Shown one piece after another: positions 28,359 through 37,879 of a stretch of DNA of 64,000 nt (the first letter of the stretch is position 1; each line of letters begins with the position of its first letter). The notes under the pieces are model-generated. The model made no database searches, was not told the DNA's origin, and saw nothing but the letters and a program-made list of their open reading frames with translations. This DNA is from Candidatus Geocrenenecus huangii. Lineage in GTDB: Archaea > Thermoproteota > Nitrososphaeria_A > Caldarchaeales > Wolframiiraptoraceae. The DNA lies in NCBI GenBank assembly GCA_023254095.1, contig JALNLM010000002.1, positions 64,001 through 128,000 of the forward strand, in the 5' to 3' direction. Position numbers and translations under genes: made by a program.

Positions 28359-29393
28359 ATGGGCGTAAAGCTAGGAGACCTGATACCTGAAGAAATAGTA
28401 GAGAAGATAGAGCTCGAGCACCTTAGAGGTAGAGCAATCGCATTAGACGCCTACAATATTCTCTACCAGTTCGTCACGATTATACGTGGGCAGGATGGCA
28501 GACCGTTGATGGATAGCCGCGGAAGAATCACAAGCCATCTAAGCGGATTATTCTTTAGAACCATAAACTTCTTGAAAGCGGGCATGAAGCCTATATACGT
28601 CTACGATGGGAGACCTCCTGAACTCAAGAAGCAGGCTATAGAGAAGAGGATGGAGAGGAGAACTGAGGCGGCCGTACTCTATCGTGAAGCATTAGAAGAA
28701 GGGAGAATTGAAGAAGCGAGAAAGTATGCTCAACAAGCAGCTACACTCGACGAATTCATAGTTGAAAGCTCTAAGAAGCTTATAGGCTTGATGGGGTTGC
28801 CGGTGATACAAGCTCCAAGCGAAGGTGAAGCTCAAGCAGCTTACATGGCTTCGAAGGGAGATGCATATGCTTCAGCTTCCCAAGATATGGATTCGCTATT
28901 ATTTGGTTCACCTAGACTAGTTAGAAATCTTTCAATAGTTGGTAAGAGAAAGCTGCCGGGTAGGAAAGAATATGTTGAAGTTGTACCGGAGCTCATATAC
29001 TTAAGCAAGCTTCTAGACGCTTTAAAGATAACTAGAGAAAATCTAATCGATATCGGAATACTTGTCGGGACAGATTACTGGGAGGGTGTGAAGGGCATTG
29101 GGCCGAAAAAGGCTCTTAAGCTCATCAAAGATTATGGTTCAGCTGAAAATGTATTGAAGCATCTGCAGATAACGCCTGAAGTAGACTTGGAAAAGATTAG
29201 GGATATATTTTTGAATCCTAATGTACTAGAATCGTACAAGATTGAGTGGGGTGAGCCAGACTACCAAGCGATCGAAGAATTCTTATGTGGTGAGCACGAT
29301 TTCTCAGTAGACAGAGTGAGGAAAGCATTAACCGAGTTAAAGGAGACGATGAAGGAAGAACGTGGAAGAACAAGTCTTGATGCATGGCTGTAA
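28359..29393 (+). CDS. fen: Flap endonuclease 1
   Basis: 'MGV', 'DAYNILYQF', 'EGEAQAA', 'GTDY..GIGPK', PIP-like 'SLDAWL'. Confidence 0.98.
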   Translation: MGVKLGDLIPEEIVEKIELEHLRGRAIALDAYNILYQFVTIIRGQDGRPLMDSRGRITSHLSGLFFRTINFLKAGMKPIYVYDGRPPELKKQAIEKRMERRTEAAVLYREALEEGRIEEARKYAQQAATLDEFIVESSKKLIGLMGLPVIQAPSEGEAQAAYMASKGDAYASASQDMDSLLFGSPRLVRNLSIVGKRKLPGRKEYVEVVPELIYLSKLLDALKITRENLIDIGILVGTDYWEGVKGIGPKKALKLIKDYGSAENVLKHLQITPEVDLEKIRDIFLNPNVLESYKIEWGEPDYQAIEEFLCGEHDFSVDRVRKALTELKETMKEERGRTSLDAWL

Positions 29394-29477
29394 CTGTAAG
29401 ATGACAAGCATCAGAGAGGGAGATCAGAAACTAAAGAATTTGTCCGAAACAGGTTTCTAAGATTACTATGACTATTC

Positions 29478-29726
29478 TCAAGTTTTGGATATTAGCTCGA
29501 TCAATTTTCTTTCTTCATCTAGGCTGAGAACTCTTACCTTGTCATGGATCTCTAACTTCATCAATACACTTCTTAACTCAGATTGAGTTACTTCTACACC
29601 CCTCTTCCTTAATTCTTCTAAGATATTCTCTTCTAACGCTTTTCCGCCCATTTTTTGAAGTATTTCGATTATTCTTGAGTATAGCTCGCTTCTAAGTACT
29701 AAATGTTTCTTGCTCAGAGTCTTCAC
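29478..29726 (-). CDS. Small winged-helix protein downstream of cdc48
   Basis: 82 aa, 'ELRSVLMKLEIHDKVRV'; 6 bp from the cdc48 stop. Confidence 0.65.
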   Translation of the reverse strand: MKTLSKKHLVLRSELYSRIIEILQKMGGKALEENILEELRKRGVEVTQSELRSVLMKLEIHDKVRVLSLDEERKLIELISKT

Positions 29727-29732
29727 CCTTCA

Positions 29733-31907
29733 TTAGCCTATCATCGTCAGCTGTTTCTCAGTATATCTCAAGAATTCTTTAACCTTCTCGTATTCGCGGA
29801 CCATTTGTGGAGATATACTAGGCTTAACGATCTGTAATGCCTCTTCGAAATCTTCTCTAGTAACGTAATCTGCCTCGATATTCTTTCTTAGACTGTTTAA
29901 AGCTGCTTCACGGCATAGGGATTCTAGGTCTGCCCCCGAGTATCCTTCAGTCCTCGCAGCCATCTCCCTTAAATTAACGTCTGGGGATAGAGGCATCTTC
30001 TTTGTATATATCCTGAGGATAGCGTATCTAGCTTTCTCATCCGGTGGAGGTACATAGATTAGTCTATCGAGTCTCCCCGGTCTCATAGCTGGAGGGTCTA
30101 TCAGGTCAGGTCTATTGGTTGCGCCTATAACTATAACATCGGATAACTCTTCTACTCCATCAATCTCTGATAAGAACTGGCTAGATACTCTATTTGTTAC
30201 TCCTGAAGAATCGTCTACTAAGTCTTTCCGAGGTATTATCGACTCAATCTCGTCGAAGAATACAATGCAGGGTGCAGCTTGCCTCGCTTTCCTAAATATC
30301 TCTCTTATAGCCTTCTCTGATTCTCCAACCCATTTATTGAAGATCTCAGGTCCCTTAACGCTTATGAAGTTTGCTTCAGATTCCGTAGCTATGGCTTTAG
30401 CGAGGAGGGTCTTCCCGCATCCAGGAGGACCATAAAGAAGTATCCCTCTAGGAGGCTTAATTCCGAATTTCTCAAATTTCTCAGGGTATTTTAATGGCCA
30501 CTCAACCGCTTCTACGAGTCTCTGCTTTACTTCATCCAGGCCTCCAACATCCTCCCATCTAATGTTGGGTATCTCGATCTCCACTTCTCTTAAAGCTGTC
30601 GGGGTTATTTCCTTGAATGCGTCTAGGAAGTCCTTCATCGTAACCGCTAAGCTATCCAGTATCTCTGGTGATATACGTTCTTCATTGAAGTCTATGCTTG
30701 GAAGTATTCTTCTAACTGATTTCATTGCTGCTTCACGGCATAATGCTGCCAAGTCCGCTCCCGTGTAACCTCTAGTCATTTCTGCAAGCCTATCTATGTT
30801 CACATCTTCCGCCAGAGGCATACCTCTAGTGTGTATCTGGAGGATCTCTCTTCTACCTTTCTTATCGGGTATACCTATCTCTATTTCCCTATCGAATCTT
30901 CCAGGTCGTCTTAAAGCGGGATCTAAAGCGTTCGGCCTATTGGTTGCACCTATGACGATTACTTGACCTCTTGCTTCTAACCCATCCATCAAGGCGAGCA
31001 GCTGTGCTACAACTCTCTTCTCGACTTCTCCCGTAACCTCGCTTCTCTTAGGAGCGATTGCATCAATCTCGTCGATGAAGATTATGCTTGGAGCTTCTTC
31101 TTCAGCTTTCCTAAAGATCTCTCTTAGCCTAGCTTCTGTCTCACCATAATACTTGTTCATGATCTCTGGACCGTTTATCAGTATGAAGTTTGCTTCAGCC
31201 TCCGTGGCCACAGCCTTAGCGAGGAGGGTCTTCCCGCATCCAGGCGGACCATAAAGAAGTACGCCTTTAGGAGGCTCTATGCCGAGTTTCTGGAATAATT
31301 CAGGGTATCTTAATGGAAGCTCTATCATCTCCCTAATTCTCTGTATCTGTTCTTGTAGTCCGCCGATATCCTCATATGTTACGCTTGTTCTAAACGCTTT
31401 CTCTTGCACGATCTTACTGTGTATTATTAGCTTGGTCTTCGGTGTAATCTTCACTACTCCTGTAGGTCTCGTTTGAACTACAGCGAAGGTGAAGAGGTTT
31501 CCGAAGAAGAGTACTGGGACAATATTCTTCTGTACTAATGGATATTCTATAAGCCTACTCTTAACAAGTCTAGTAAAATTCTCATCTGGCTTAACCGTGG
31601 TATTTACTGGAGCGAGTACGACTAGTTGAGCTTCTTTAACATCTGCTTTACGTACTGTAACCCAATCATTCAAGGCCACACCTGCATTACTACGAATATA
31701 CCCATCTATCCTGATAACATCTTTCTCATCTTCGAGATATCCAAGCCAGAGAGTTGCTGCAGCAATCTTCTTCCCCCTAATCTCAACCATATCTCCTGTC
31801 TGGAACCCGGCATTTGCTCCTACTTCCCTATCTATCCTAGCTATACCATATCCCACGTCTCTCTGCCTTGCTTCTGCAACCCTGAGACGAAGCTCCTTAG
31901 CACTCAT
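29733..31907 (-). CDS. cdc48: Cdc48/VAT AAA+ ATPase
   Basis: N domain plus two AAA modules (GPPGCGKT twice, RPGRFDR, RPGRLDR). Confidence 0.97.
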   Translation of the reverse strand: MSAKELRLRVAEARQRDVGYGIARIDREVGANAGFQTGDMVEIRGKKIAAATLWLGYLEDEKDVIRIDGYIRSNAGVALNDWVTVRKADVKEAQLVVLAPVNTTVKPDENFTRLVKSRLIEYPLVQKNIVPVLFFGNLFTFAVVQTRPTGVVKITPKTKLIIHSKIVQEKAFRTSVTYEDIGGLQEQIQRIREMIELPLRYPELFQKLGIEPPKGVLLYGPPGCGKTLLAKAVATEAEANFILINGPEIMNKYYGETEARLREIFRKAEEEAPSIIFIDEIDAIAPKRSEVTGEVEKRVVAQLLALMDGLEARGQVIVIGATNRPNALDPALRRPGRFDREIEIGIPDKKGRREILQIHTRGMPLAEDVNIDRLAEMTRGYTGADLAALCREAAMKSVRRILPSIDFNEERISPEILDSLAVTMKDFLDAFKEITPTALREVEIEIPNIRWEDVGGLDEVKQRLVEAVEWPLKYPEKFEKFGIKPPRGILLYGPPGCGKTLLAKAIATESEANFISVKGPEIFNKWVGESEKAIREIFRKARQAAPCIVFFDEIESIIPRKDLVDDSSGVTNRVSSQFLSEIDGVEELSDVIVIGATNRPDLIDPPAMRPGRLDRLIYVPPPDEKARYAILRIYTKKMPLSPDVNLREMAARTEGYSGADLESLCREAALNSLRKNIEADYVTREDFEEALQIVKPSISPQMVREYEKVKEFLRYTEKQLTMIG

Positions 31908-32132
31908 CCTTATTCTAGATGACTGACCTACTATTTAAATAAAAAGTTCTCTTAAATAATTGATTTTTGATAAATGATATGAGAATCGTAAGTAGAATTA
32001 TATCTTACAACTTAAGGATCCGACAATTAGGCTTAATGAAATTAATGTTTGACATTATTAAAGACCTTGAAGAAGTCTGTAAATCATATCCGGCTGAGGC
32101 AGGCTCAACCTTTCGTAAAGAGATATGATGTT

Positions 32133-32405
32133 TTAAGAACTAACCCTACTGATCGAGGATACCTCGAATTCTCCGACTTCAGGGAATCCTCTCAAGTATT
32201 CTTCTAATTTATTCGGGTAACCTTCTTCATCAGGCATCCTGAATAATGCATTTATCACTTTAAGTCCGAATACGAATGGTTCAGTCCTCACTGAGAGAAG
32301 CTCGATATTCTCAGGAAGACCTATCTTTATCTTGCTGAGTAAGTTGTCCACGTCTACTGATTCATCGACCGGCATTATCTTTATCAACACTATTACCTTC
32401 GCCAT
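32133..32405 (-). CDS. ef1b: Elongation factor 1-beta
   Basis: 'MAKVIVLIKIMP..EPFVFGLK'. Confidence 0.9.
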   Translation of the reverse strand: MAKVIVLIKIMPVDESVDVDNLLSKIKIGLPENIELLSVRTEPFVFGLKVINALFRMPDEEGYPNKLEEYLRGFPEVGEFEVSSISRVSS

Positions 32406-32412
32406 CTCTATC

Positions 32413-32586
32413 TCACGGCCCCTCAAATCCGCAGGATGGACACACGTATGATTTAGCAAGCTCTCTACACGATTCACATCTCCATATCTTTACTCTTCCA
32501 CAGTTAGGGCATGGGAAATTTACGGCAGACTCTCCAGGTGCTATAGGCTTATTACACGATGTACAGACAACTACCCGTCTACTCAT
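32413..32586 (-). CDS. Zn-ribbon RNA-binding protein (DUF1610/HVO_2753-like)
   Basis: [26 protein letters not shown]; usual partner of EF-1b. Confidence 0.9.
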   Translation of the reverse strand: MSRRVVVCTSCNKPIAPGESAVNFPCPNCGRVKIWRCESCRELAKSYVCPSCGFEGP

Positions 32587-32748
32587 ACTGTCTCTCAATC
32601 TTAAGCCTACAATATAAAGGCATTCCAGTTCATATCGAGATGTCCAGGATAGCAATTCGAGACTTATCGCTAGGCGTAGGTGAACTCCGACGTACCTTTA
32701 GATAAGTATTTTAAGGAAATGTTTTAAGGGTATTAATCGGGTGGAGGC

Positions 32749-32919
32749 TTGGGATTGAGAGAATTCTTCAAGAATTCGATAGTTCTATTTAAGTTGGCTA
32801 GGAAACCTTCTAAGAATGAATTTCTACTCGCATTGAGAATTACATTGATAGGTTTAGCTGTTATCGGCGTGATAGCATTTATTATAAGGTTTGTAGCATT
32901 AGCTATCCAGGGAGTATAG
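32749..32919 (+). CDS. secE: Protein translocase SecE/Sec61-gamma, 56 aa; not in the ORF track
   Basis: TTG start after GGAGG; MGLREFFKNSIVLFKLARKPSKNEF..IGVIAFII; upstream of spt5. Confidence 0.92.
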   Translation: MGLREFFKNSIVLFKLARKPSKNEFLLALRITLIGLAVIGVIAFIIRFVALAIQGV

Positions 32920-32930
32920 GTAGACCGGAA

Positions 32931-33440
32931 TTGTCTGAAAAGTCTCCAAGATACTTTGCAATCAAGGTAACGGTTGGACAGGAGAGGAATGTAGCGAAGA
33001 TAATTGAAAGCAAGATCGTTAGAGAAATCATAGAGGATGGGAAAACATTGAGAAGAGAAATAATCGAAGAAGGCATCTACTCTATTATAACTCTACCAAA
33101 TATTAAGGGATACATCTTCATCGAAGCTGAAAGTAAAGAAAAAGTCTCATTGATAACTCAAGGTATTAGACATGTAAAATCTAGACCTATACTGGTGGTC
33201 AAGAAGGATGAGATCATCCAGCACCTAGTAGAGAAACCTATAATCGAGATGATCTCTATCGGAGACATAGTTGAGATAGTTGCTGGACCCTTAAGAGGAA
33301 TATACGGCAAAGTAGTAAGAATAGATAAACCTAAAAATGAGCTTACGATAGAACCTACCGATGCTACATTCCCACTCCCAATCTCTATCTCAGCAGATCA
33401 GGTTAGGGTAGCCCAGCAACCAGCTAGGGAGAGTGGTTAA
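32931..33440 (+). CDS. spt5: Transcription elongation factor Spt5/NusG
   Basis: 'TVGQERNVA', 'KGYIFIEA', KOW 'GDIVEIVAGP'. Confidence 0.95.
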   Translation: MSEKSPRYFAIKVTVGQERNVAKIIESKIVREIIEDGKTLRREIIEEGIYSIITLPNIKGYIFIEAESKEKVSLITQGIRHVKSRPILVVKKDEIIQHLVEKPIIEMISIGDIVEIVAGPLRGIYGKVVRIDKPKNELTIEPTDATFPLPISISADQVRVAQQPARESG

Positions 33441-33442
33441 GA

Positions 33443-33931
33443 ATGCCTGAGAAAACAATCCGATTCCTAGTACCAGGCGGTGAAGCTAATGCTGGTCCAC
33501 CAATAGGGCCAGCTCTAGGACCCCTAGGCGTAAACGTCTTACAGATTGTTGAAGAGATAAATAGAGTTACTTCAGAATTTAAAGGAATGAGGGTTCCAGT
33601 AGAAGTAACCGTAAATACCGATACTAAAGAATTCAAAGTCGTCGTTGGTACACCTACAACTACTGCCTTGATCGTGAAAGAAGCCGGCGTAGAGAAGGGT
33701 GCTAAAATGGCCGGTAGAGAAAATGTTGGTCAGGTCAGTTTAGACCAAGTTATAAAGATAGCTAAGATGAAGATGAATGATATGCGTGCTAAGACCTTGA
33801 AAGCAGCTGTAAAACAGGTTCTTGGAACATGTCTAAGCATGGGCATCATAGTAGACGGCAAAAACCCGAAAGAAGTAATAAGAGAGATAGATTCCGGAGC
33901 TCACGATAACAAACTAAAACAAGAAACTTGA
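33443..33931 (+). CDS. rpl11: 50S ribosomal protein uL11
   Basis: 'GPPIGPALGPLG', 'GTCLSMG'. Confidence 0.98.
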   Translation: MPEKTIRFLVPGGEANAGPPIGPALGPLGVNVLQIVEEINRVTSEFKGMRVPVEVTVNTDTKEFKVVVGTPTTTALIVKEAGVEKGAKMAGRENVGQVSLDQVIKIAKMKMNDMRAKTLKAAVKQVLGTCLSMGIIVDGKNPKEVIREIDSGAHDNKLKQET

Positions 33932-34140
33932 AACTCAAATAATGGAAAACCTTATCCAATCACAGATAACTAGACCGAGATAAATCCAGCTACCAAGGGA
34001 TAGATAAAGAGAGTCTAAGTCAATTTGATCTATTTATCTTCTATGTATTTGGAGCTCACTCGGAAAAAGTATCTCGGAATGTTTATATAAATGAGAAATT
34101 CTTAAATTAACCTGAATCCGTCAACTATCAGAGAAGAGCT

Positions 34141-34797
34141 ATGTTGAGAACGCTAGAAGCAAGCCTGGCTACAGCTATTGAACAAGCTAAGAATGATGGA
34201 GTATCTAGGAAATTTGAGCAGAGCATAGAATTGATAATAAACGTTAAGGGGATAGATTTGAAGAAGCCTGAGAATAGGTTCGTGGAAGATATAGAGCTTC
34301 CGAACGGTCTAGGAGATGGGAGGAAGATATGCGTTATAGCTGGAAGCGCTTTAGCTTCCGAAGCAAAGAAGCTCAAGGAAGTAAGTAGAGTAGTAGAGAG
34401 AAATGAGCTGGAATCTCTTGTTGGGAATAAGAGATTAGCGAAGAAGATTGCTTCAGAATATGATTACTTCCTAGTGGATCCTCCTCTAATGGGTTTAGCA
34501 GCGAAGGCTCTTGGAGCAGTTCTTGGAGGCAGGGGCAAAAGACCCGTCCCGATACCTCCCGGGTCAAACATAGCAGACCTAGTTAAGAAGTACTATAGAA
34601 CGGTAACGGTGAGTGTGAGGAAGAACCCTCAAGCCATGTGTAAAATAGGCTTAGAAAGTATGGATACGAAGGCTCTTGTAGAGAATGCCTTAACAATAGT
34701 TTCTAAGGTCTCGGATAAATTGGAGAAGCATTTCAAGAACGTAAACTCGATATATGTCAAGAAGACTATGGGTAAGCCTATCAAGGTAGAATTGTAA
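34141..34797 (+). CDS. rpl1: 50S ribosomal protein uL1
   Basis: 'RKFEQSIELIIN', 'KKTMGKP'. Confidence 0.96.
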   Translation: MLRTLEASLATAIEQAKNDGVSRKFEQSIELIINVKGIDLKKPENRFVEDIELPNGLGDGRKICVIAGSALASEAKKLKEVSRVVERNELESLVGNKRLAKKIASEYDYFLVDPPLMGLAAKALGAVLGGRGKRPVPIPPGSNIADLVKKYYRTVTVSVRKNPQAMCKIGLESMDTKALVENALTIVSKVSDKLEKHFKNVNSIYVKKTMGKPIKVEL

Positions 34798-34809
34798 AAG
34801 TCGTGTAGA

Positions 34810-35466
34810 TTGATTGGAGGAAAGTTTATCAACAGAGTAAGAATAGTTGTAAGCTGGAGCTTGAAGCATAAACTTGGTTTAAAGATCGCAAAGATCCTGA
34901 TAAGAAACAGCGATTGTAAAGTTGTAGAATTCTTGAAGAATAAGGCTATAGAAGCACAATTCAGAAAAGTCAGAATAAGCGAGAAGTCTTCTACCCATCT
35001 CCTAAAACTCTATGGAGAGATAAGGATTAGTAAACGCTTAGATATTCCAGGCTCCTACATGGTCTTGCCGAACAATTACCTATGGATAAGTACTGAAAGC
35101 TGTACATCCTGCAGAATCTTCTCTCGTCTACCAGTAATCGTCGAATCCATATAATATGTAAGATCTCTAGGCGTTATTACAACAATGATAATTCCAGGAA
35201 GGCTATTCTGTAAGCGGGTTTTAGAGGATTTGAAGGAGGCTGATCTAAGTGTAGAAACAATCTCAATCAGAGATTATGAAGATCATGAGTTGACGAAGAG
35301 GCAGAGGGAAGTTCTCTCAGCAGCTTTGAGGATAGGCTGCCTGGGGAGTAAAAGGAGTGCGAGATTAAAAGACCTAGCATTCTTGGTTGGAGTAGATTCT
35401 TCTACAGCCTCTAGGATTATTAGAAATGCTATAAAAAAGGTTGTGGAAAAGACTCTCGACGAGTAA
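34810..35466 (+). pseudogene. Bat/HTH_10-type transcriptional regulator interrupted by one in-frame TAA (35152-35154)
   Basis: ORFs 34810-35154 and 35185-35466 share a frame (..ESI*YVRSLGVITTMII..); C-terminal 'LTKRQREVL..LKDLA..SSTASRIIR' HTH; CTSC motif. Confidence 0.7.
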
Positions 35467-35531
35467 TTAATATAGAATAGGTGCAACATTTTGCATCCCA
35501 CGATTATCTTTAATCAATTCAATATTAATTA
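35464..35531. promoter_or_regulatory. Palindrome-rich promoter region of the oxidase-like operon
   Basis: TGCAA-N4-TTGCA (35482-35495), GATTA-N4-TAATC (35502-35515), flanked by TAATTAATAT/ATATTAATTA. Confidence 0.35.
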
Positions 35532-35537
35532 TTGGAT

Positions 35538-36113
35538 ATGGCTCCACAAGTCTTCATAGAGATAGTTTATTTTGTTATGATATCCATTGTGATAGGCTTC
35601 ATAATAGCATTCTACATCATTACACGAAAAAGAGGGGGCGGAAGACCCAACCCGGCCAATGAAGGGCATGCAGAAAAGAAAGGCATGGAGAAAGGAGAAA
35701 AGCGATGGCTTATCTTCTTATTCATAATAGTTGTTGTCGGGAACATACTCATGTTATCTCCGATACTTCCATCTTCACAATATGCATTATGGCTTAAAGA
35801 AGAACCAAAAATAACTATTACGATAGAAGTAAGAAACTATGAATTCGTTTTCCCCGAGAAACCGATAACTATTCCAGCCGGAGTCCCGGTAGAGTTCATA
35901 GTAATATCTCAAGACCTGGTTTATGGTTTCGGAGTATTCAAGAAGGATGGACTCATGGTTTTCCAGATGCAGGTTGTACCTAATCCATATGTGAATCGGA
36001 TAGTATGGATATTCGATGAGCCCGGATACTATGACGTGAGGTCTACAGAATACAGTGGCCCGAAGCATCCCTACCTGTATTTCCCGGACGCGATTAGAGT
36101 AGTCGGGGGATGA
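35538..36113 (+). CDS. Heme-copper oxidoreductase subunit II homolog without CuA ligands (gNOR-like)
   Basis: Two TM helices plus cupredoxin domain; 'DLVYGF' and 'RSTEYSGPKHPYL' replace DVxHGF and CxExCGxxHxxM. Confidence 0.85.
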   Translation: MAPQVFIEIVYFVMISIVIGFIIAFYIITRKRGGGRPNPANEGHAEKKGMEKGEKRWLIFLFIIVVVGNILMLSPILPSSQYALWLKEEPKITITIEVRNYEFVFPEKPITIPAGVPVEFIVISQDLVYGFGVFKKDGLMVFQMQVVPNPYVNRIVWIFDEPGYYDVRSTEYSGPKHPYLYFPDAIRVVGG

Positions 36114-36119
36114 TGTTAG

Positions 36120-37688
36120 GTGGATGAAGAAGAGAGGAAGAGAATTTCAATCAGATTCGTGGTCGTTTCATTAGTCTTCTTGGCATTGGCTGGGATAGAA
36201 GGAATATTGATGAGGCTTAGGTTGATGAATACTCTTGTAGAGTTCTTTGATGAAAAGCATTTCTACTCCATGATGACCGCTCACCCATTTGTAGGAGTAT
36301 ATGGATGGGCTTACATGGCAGTGATGGGCGCATTCTACTTCCTCGTACCCTACATTCTCAAGAAAGATATCTATAGCAAGAAAGCTGCATACCTGAGCTT
36401 CTGGATGATGCTAACAGGCCTGATAGCAGTTTGGAGTACAACATTTCTTACACATTATGCTCCGCTCTACACATTGTACTGGCCCATACCAGTAGCATAC
36501 ACTATCATTGGATGGGACTTATACTCTATACTAGCGTTTGGAATAGGTGTCGGACTAATCCTAGGAGGAGTACTCGTATTCTTTGGAAACATGTTCGCAA
36601 CAATATTCCTTCCAGCTAGGCAGATGGATGGAGGACCAGCCAGCCCATGGTATATCATTAAAGAACTTCTCACAACAGCCTTCAACCTAGACAAGATTAA
36701 AGCAAAGATAACCGGTATACCTCAATATACTTCTAAAGCATTCAATTACCCTGTTTTCGTCGTCGCCGTATTTAGAGGATGCGTGGATACTACACTAAAT
36801 GCGTTCGTTATCGGTGGAGTAGGCATACTATTAGCGGCATTCGCGATAGGGAACCTTGCCCCCTCGATCTCTCTATCAACAAGCATGGTTGACCCCTTAG
36901 TATACAAGAACGTCTTCTGGTGGGGTTTAGACTTAATAGCGGATGGAAATGTGCTCATCTTTACTGCTGGCACATGGTATCTCCTAGTACCATTATTACT
37001 AAATAGGACATTATACGGTGAAAATGTTGTTAGAACAGTTATATTGGCAGATCTGGTCGTTTCTCTCTTCGTATGGAATCACCATATGCTTGCAGATACG
37101 CCTCAGCCAATCTTCTTACAGATACAGGAGCAGATATTTACTTGGGGAGAGCTTTTAACTATGGGTCTCACAATGTTCGCAGTACTTGCGACAATATGGT
37201 TCGCCAGACCTGTAAAGTACAACATGCCCCTGAAATTTGTTCTTGTATCGATTACTGGCTATGCGGTAGGAGGTCTAGCAGGTATAATACAAGCAAATTA
37301 TGCATCAAATAGGTTCTTCCACAATACTCAATGGGTGATAGGTATCCATGGGCACATACAACTACTCGTAGGATTATCCTCAACATTGTTTGCGGCGATC
37401 TATGCTCTCTTCCCACTGCTAACAGGTAAAAATCTCAGTGATAGACTAGGTAACATTCATCTGATACTGTGGAGTGTAGGTGGATTAGTGATGGGTTTGA
37501 GCATGGGGTTGGCGGGAACTCTAGGCATGTTGAGGAGAACTCTCTACCCGATGGGTTTGGGACTATATGAACCCTACATGGTGGTAGCCTCTCTTGGAGC
37601 ATTCATGATGGCTACAGGGTTCTTAGTATTCCTAGTAAATGTTCTGAAGACAGTAAAATTAAAAGATCTCTTAAAGATAATCTTCTAA
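36120..37688 (+). CDS. Heme-copper oxidoreductase subunit I with His-to-Asp active site (gNOR-like putative NO reductase)
   Basis: H55, H321/H322, H410/H412, 'YTLYWP' and 'MLRR' retained; 'FWWGLDLIAD' in place of FWxxGHPxVY. Confidence 0.85.
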   Translation: MDEEERKRISIRFVVVSLVFLALAGIEGILMRLRLMNTLVEFFDEKHFYSMMTAHPFVGVYGWAYMAVMGAFYFLVPYILKKDIYSKKAAYLSFWMMLTGLIAVWSTTFLTHYAPLYTLYWPIPVAYTIIGWDLYSILAFGIGVGLILGGVLVFFGNMFATIFLPARQMDGGPASPWYIIKELLTTAFNLDKIKAKITGIPQYTSKAFNYPVFVVAVFRGCVDTTLNAFVIGGVGILLAAFAIGNLAPSISLSTSMVDPLVYKNVFWWGLDLIADGNVLIFTAGTWYLLVPLLLNRTLYGENVVRTVILADLVVSLFVWNHHMLADTPQPIFLQIQEQIFTWGELLTMGLTMFAVLATIWFARPVKYNMPLKFVLVSITGYAVGGLAGIIQANYASNRFFHNTQWVIGIHGHIQLLVGLSSTLFAAIYALFPLLTGKNLSDRLGNIHLILWSVGGLVMGLSMGLAGTLGMLRRTLYPMGLGLYEPYMVVASLGAFMMATGFLVFLVNVLKTVKLKDLLKIIF

Positions 37689-37879
37689 AACTTCATATAT
37701 GGACTCTTTTTCATTAATAACGTTACATGGGATAGCAGATTGTGACCTGTAGATATCTTAAGAGCAGAATCGAGAAAGGAATATAGAAGTCCTTCTCTCC
37801 AGCTGATTTTAGGTTTTTTAAGTAGATGAGGATATAGAGTTTGTGAGTTAGGAGAGTTTAGAGAGGCGTTCAGCTGGAC

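Noticed and set aside
30390-31260. Near-identical ~45-bp repeats inside cdc48
   Set aside because: They encode the Walker A regions of the two AAA domains
35152-35154. Selenocysteine or pyrrolysine readthrough
   Set aside because: The stop is TAA, not TGA or TAG
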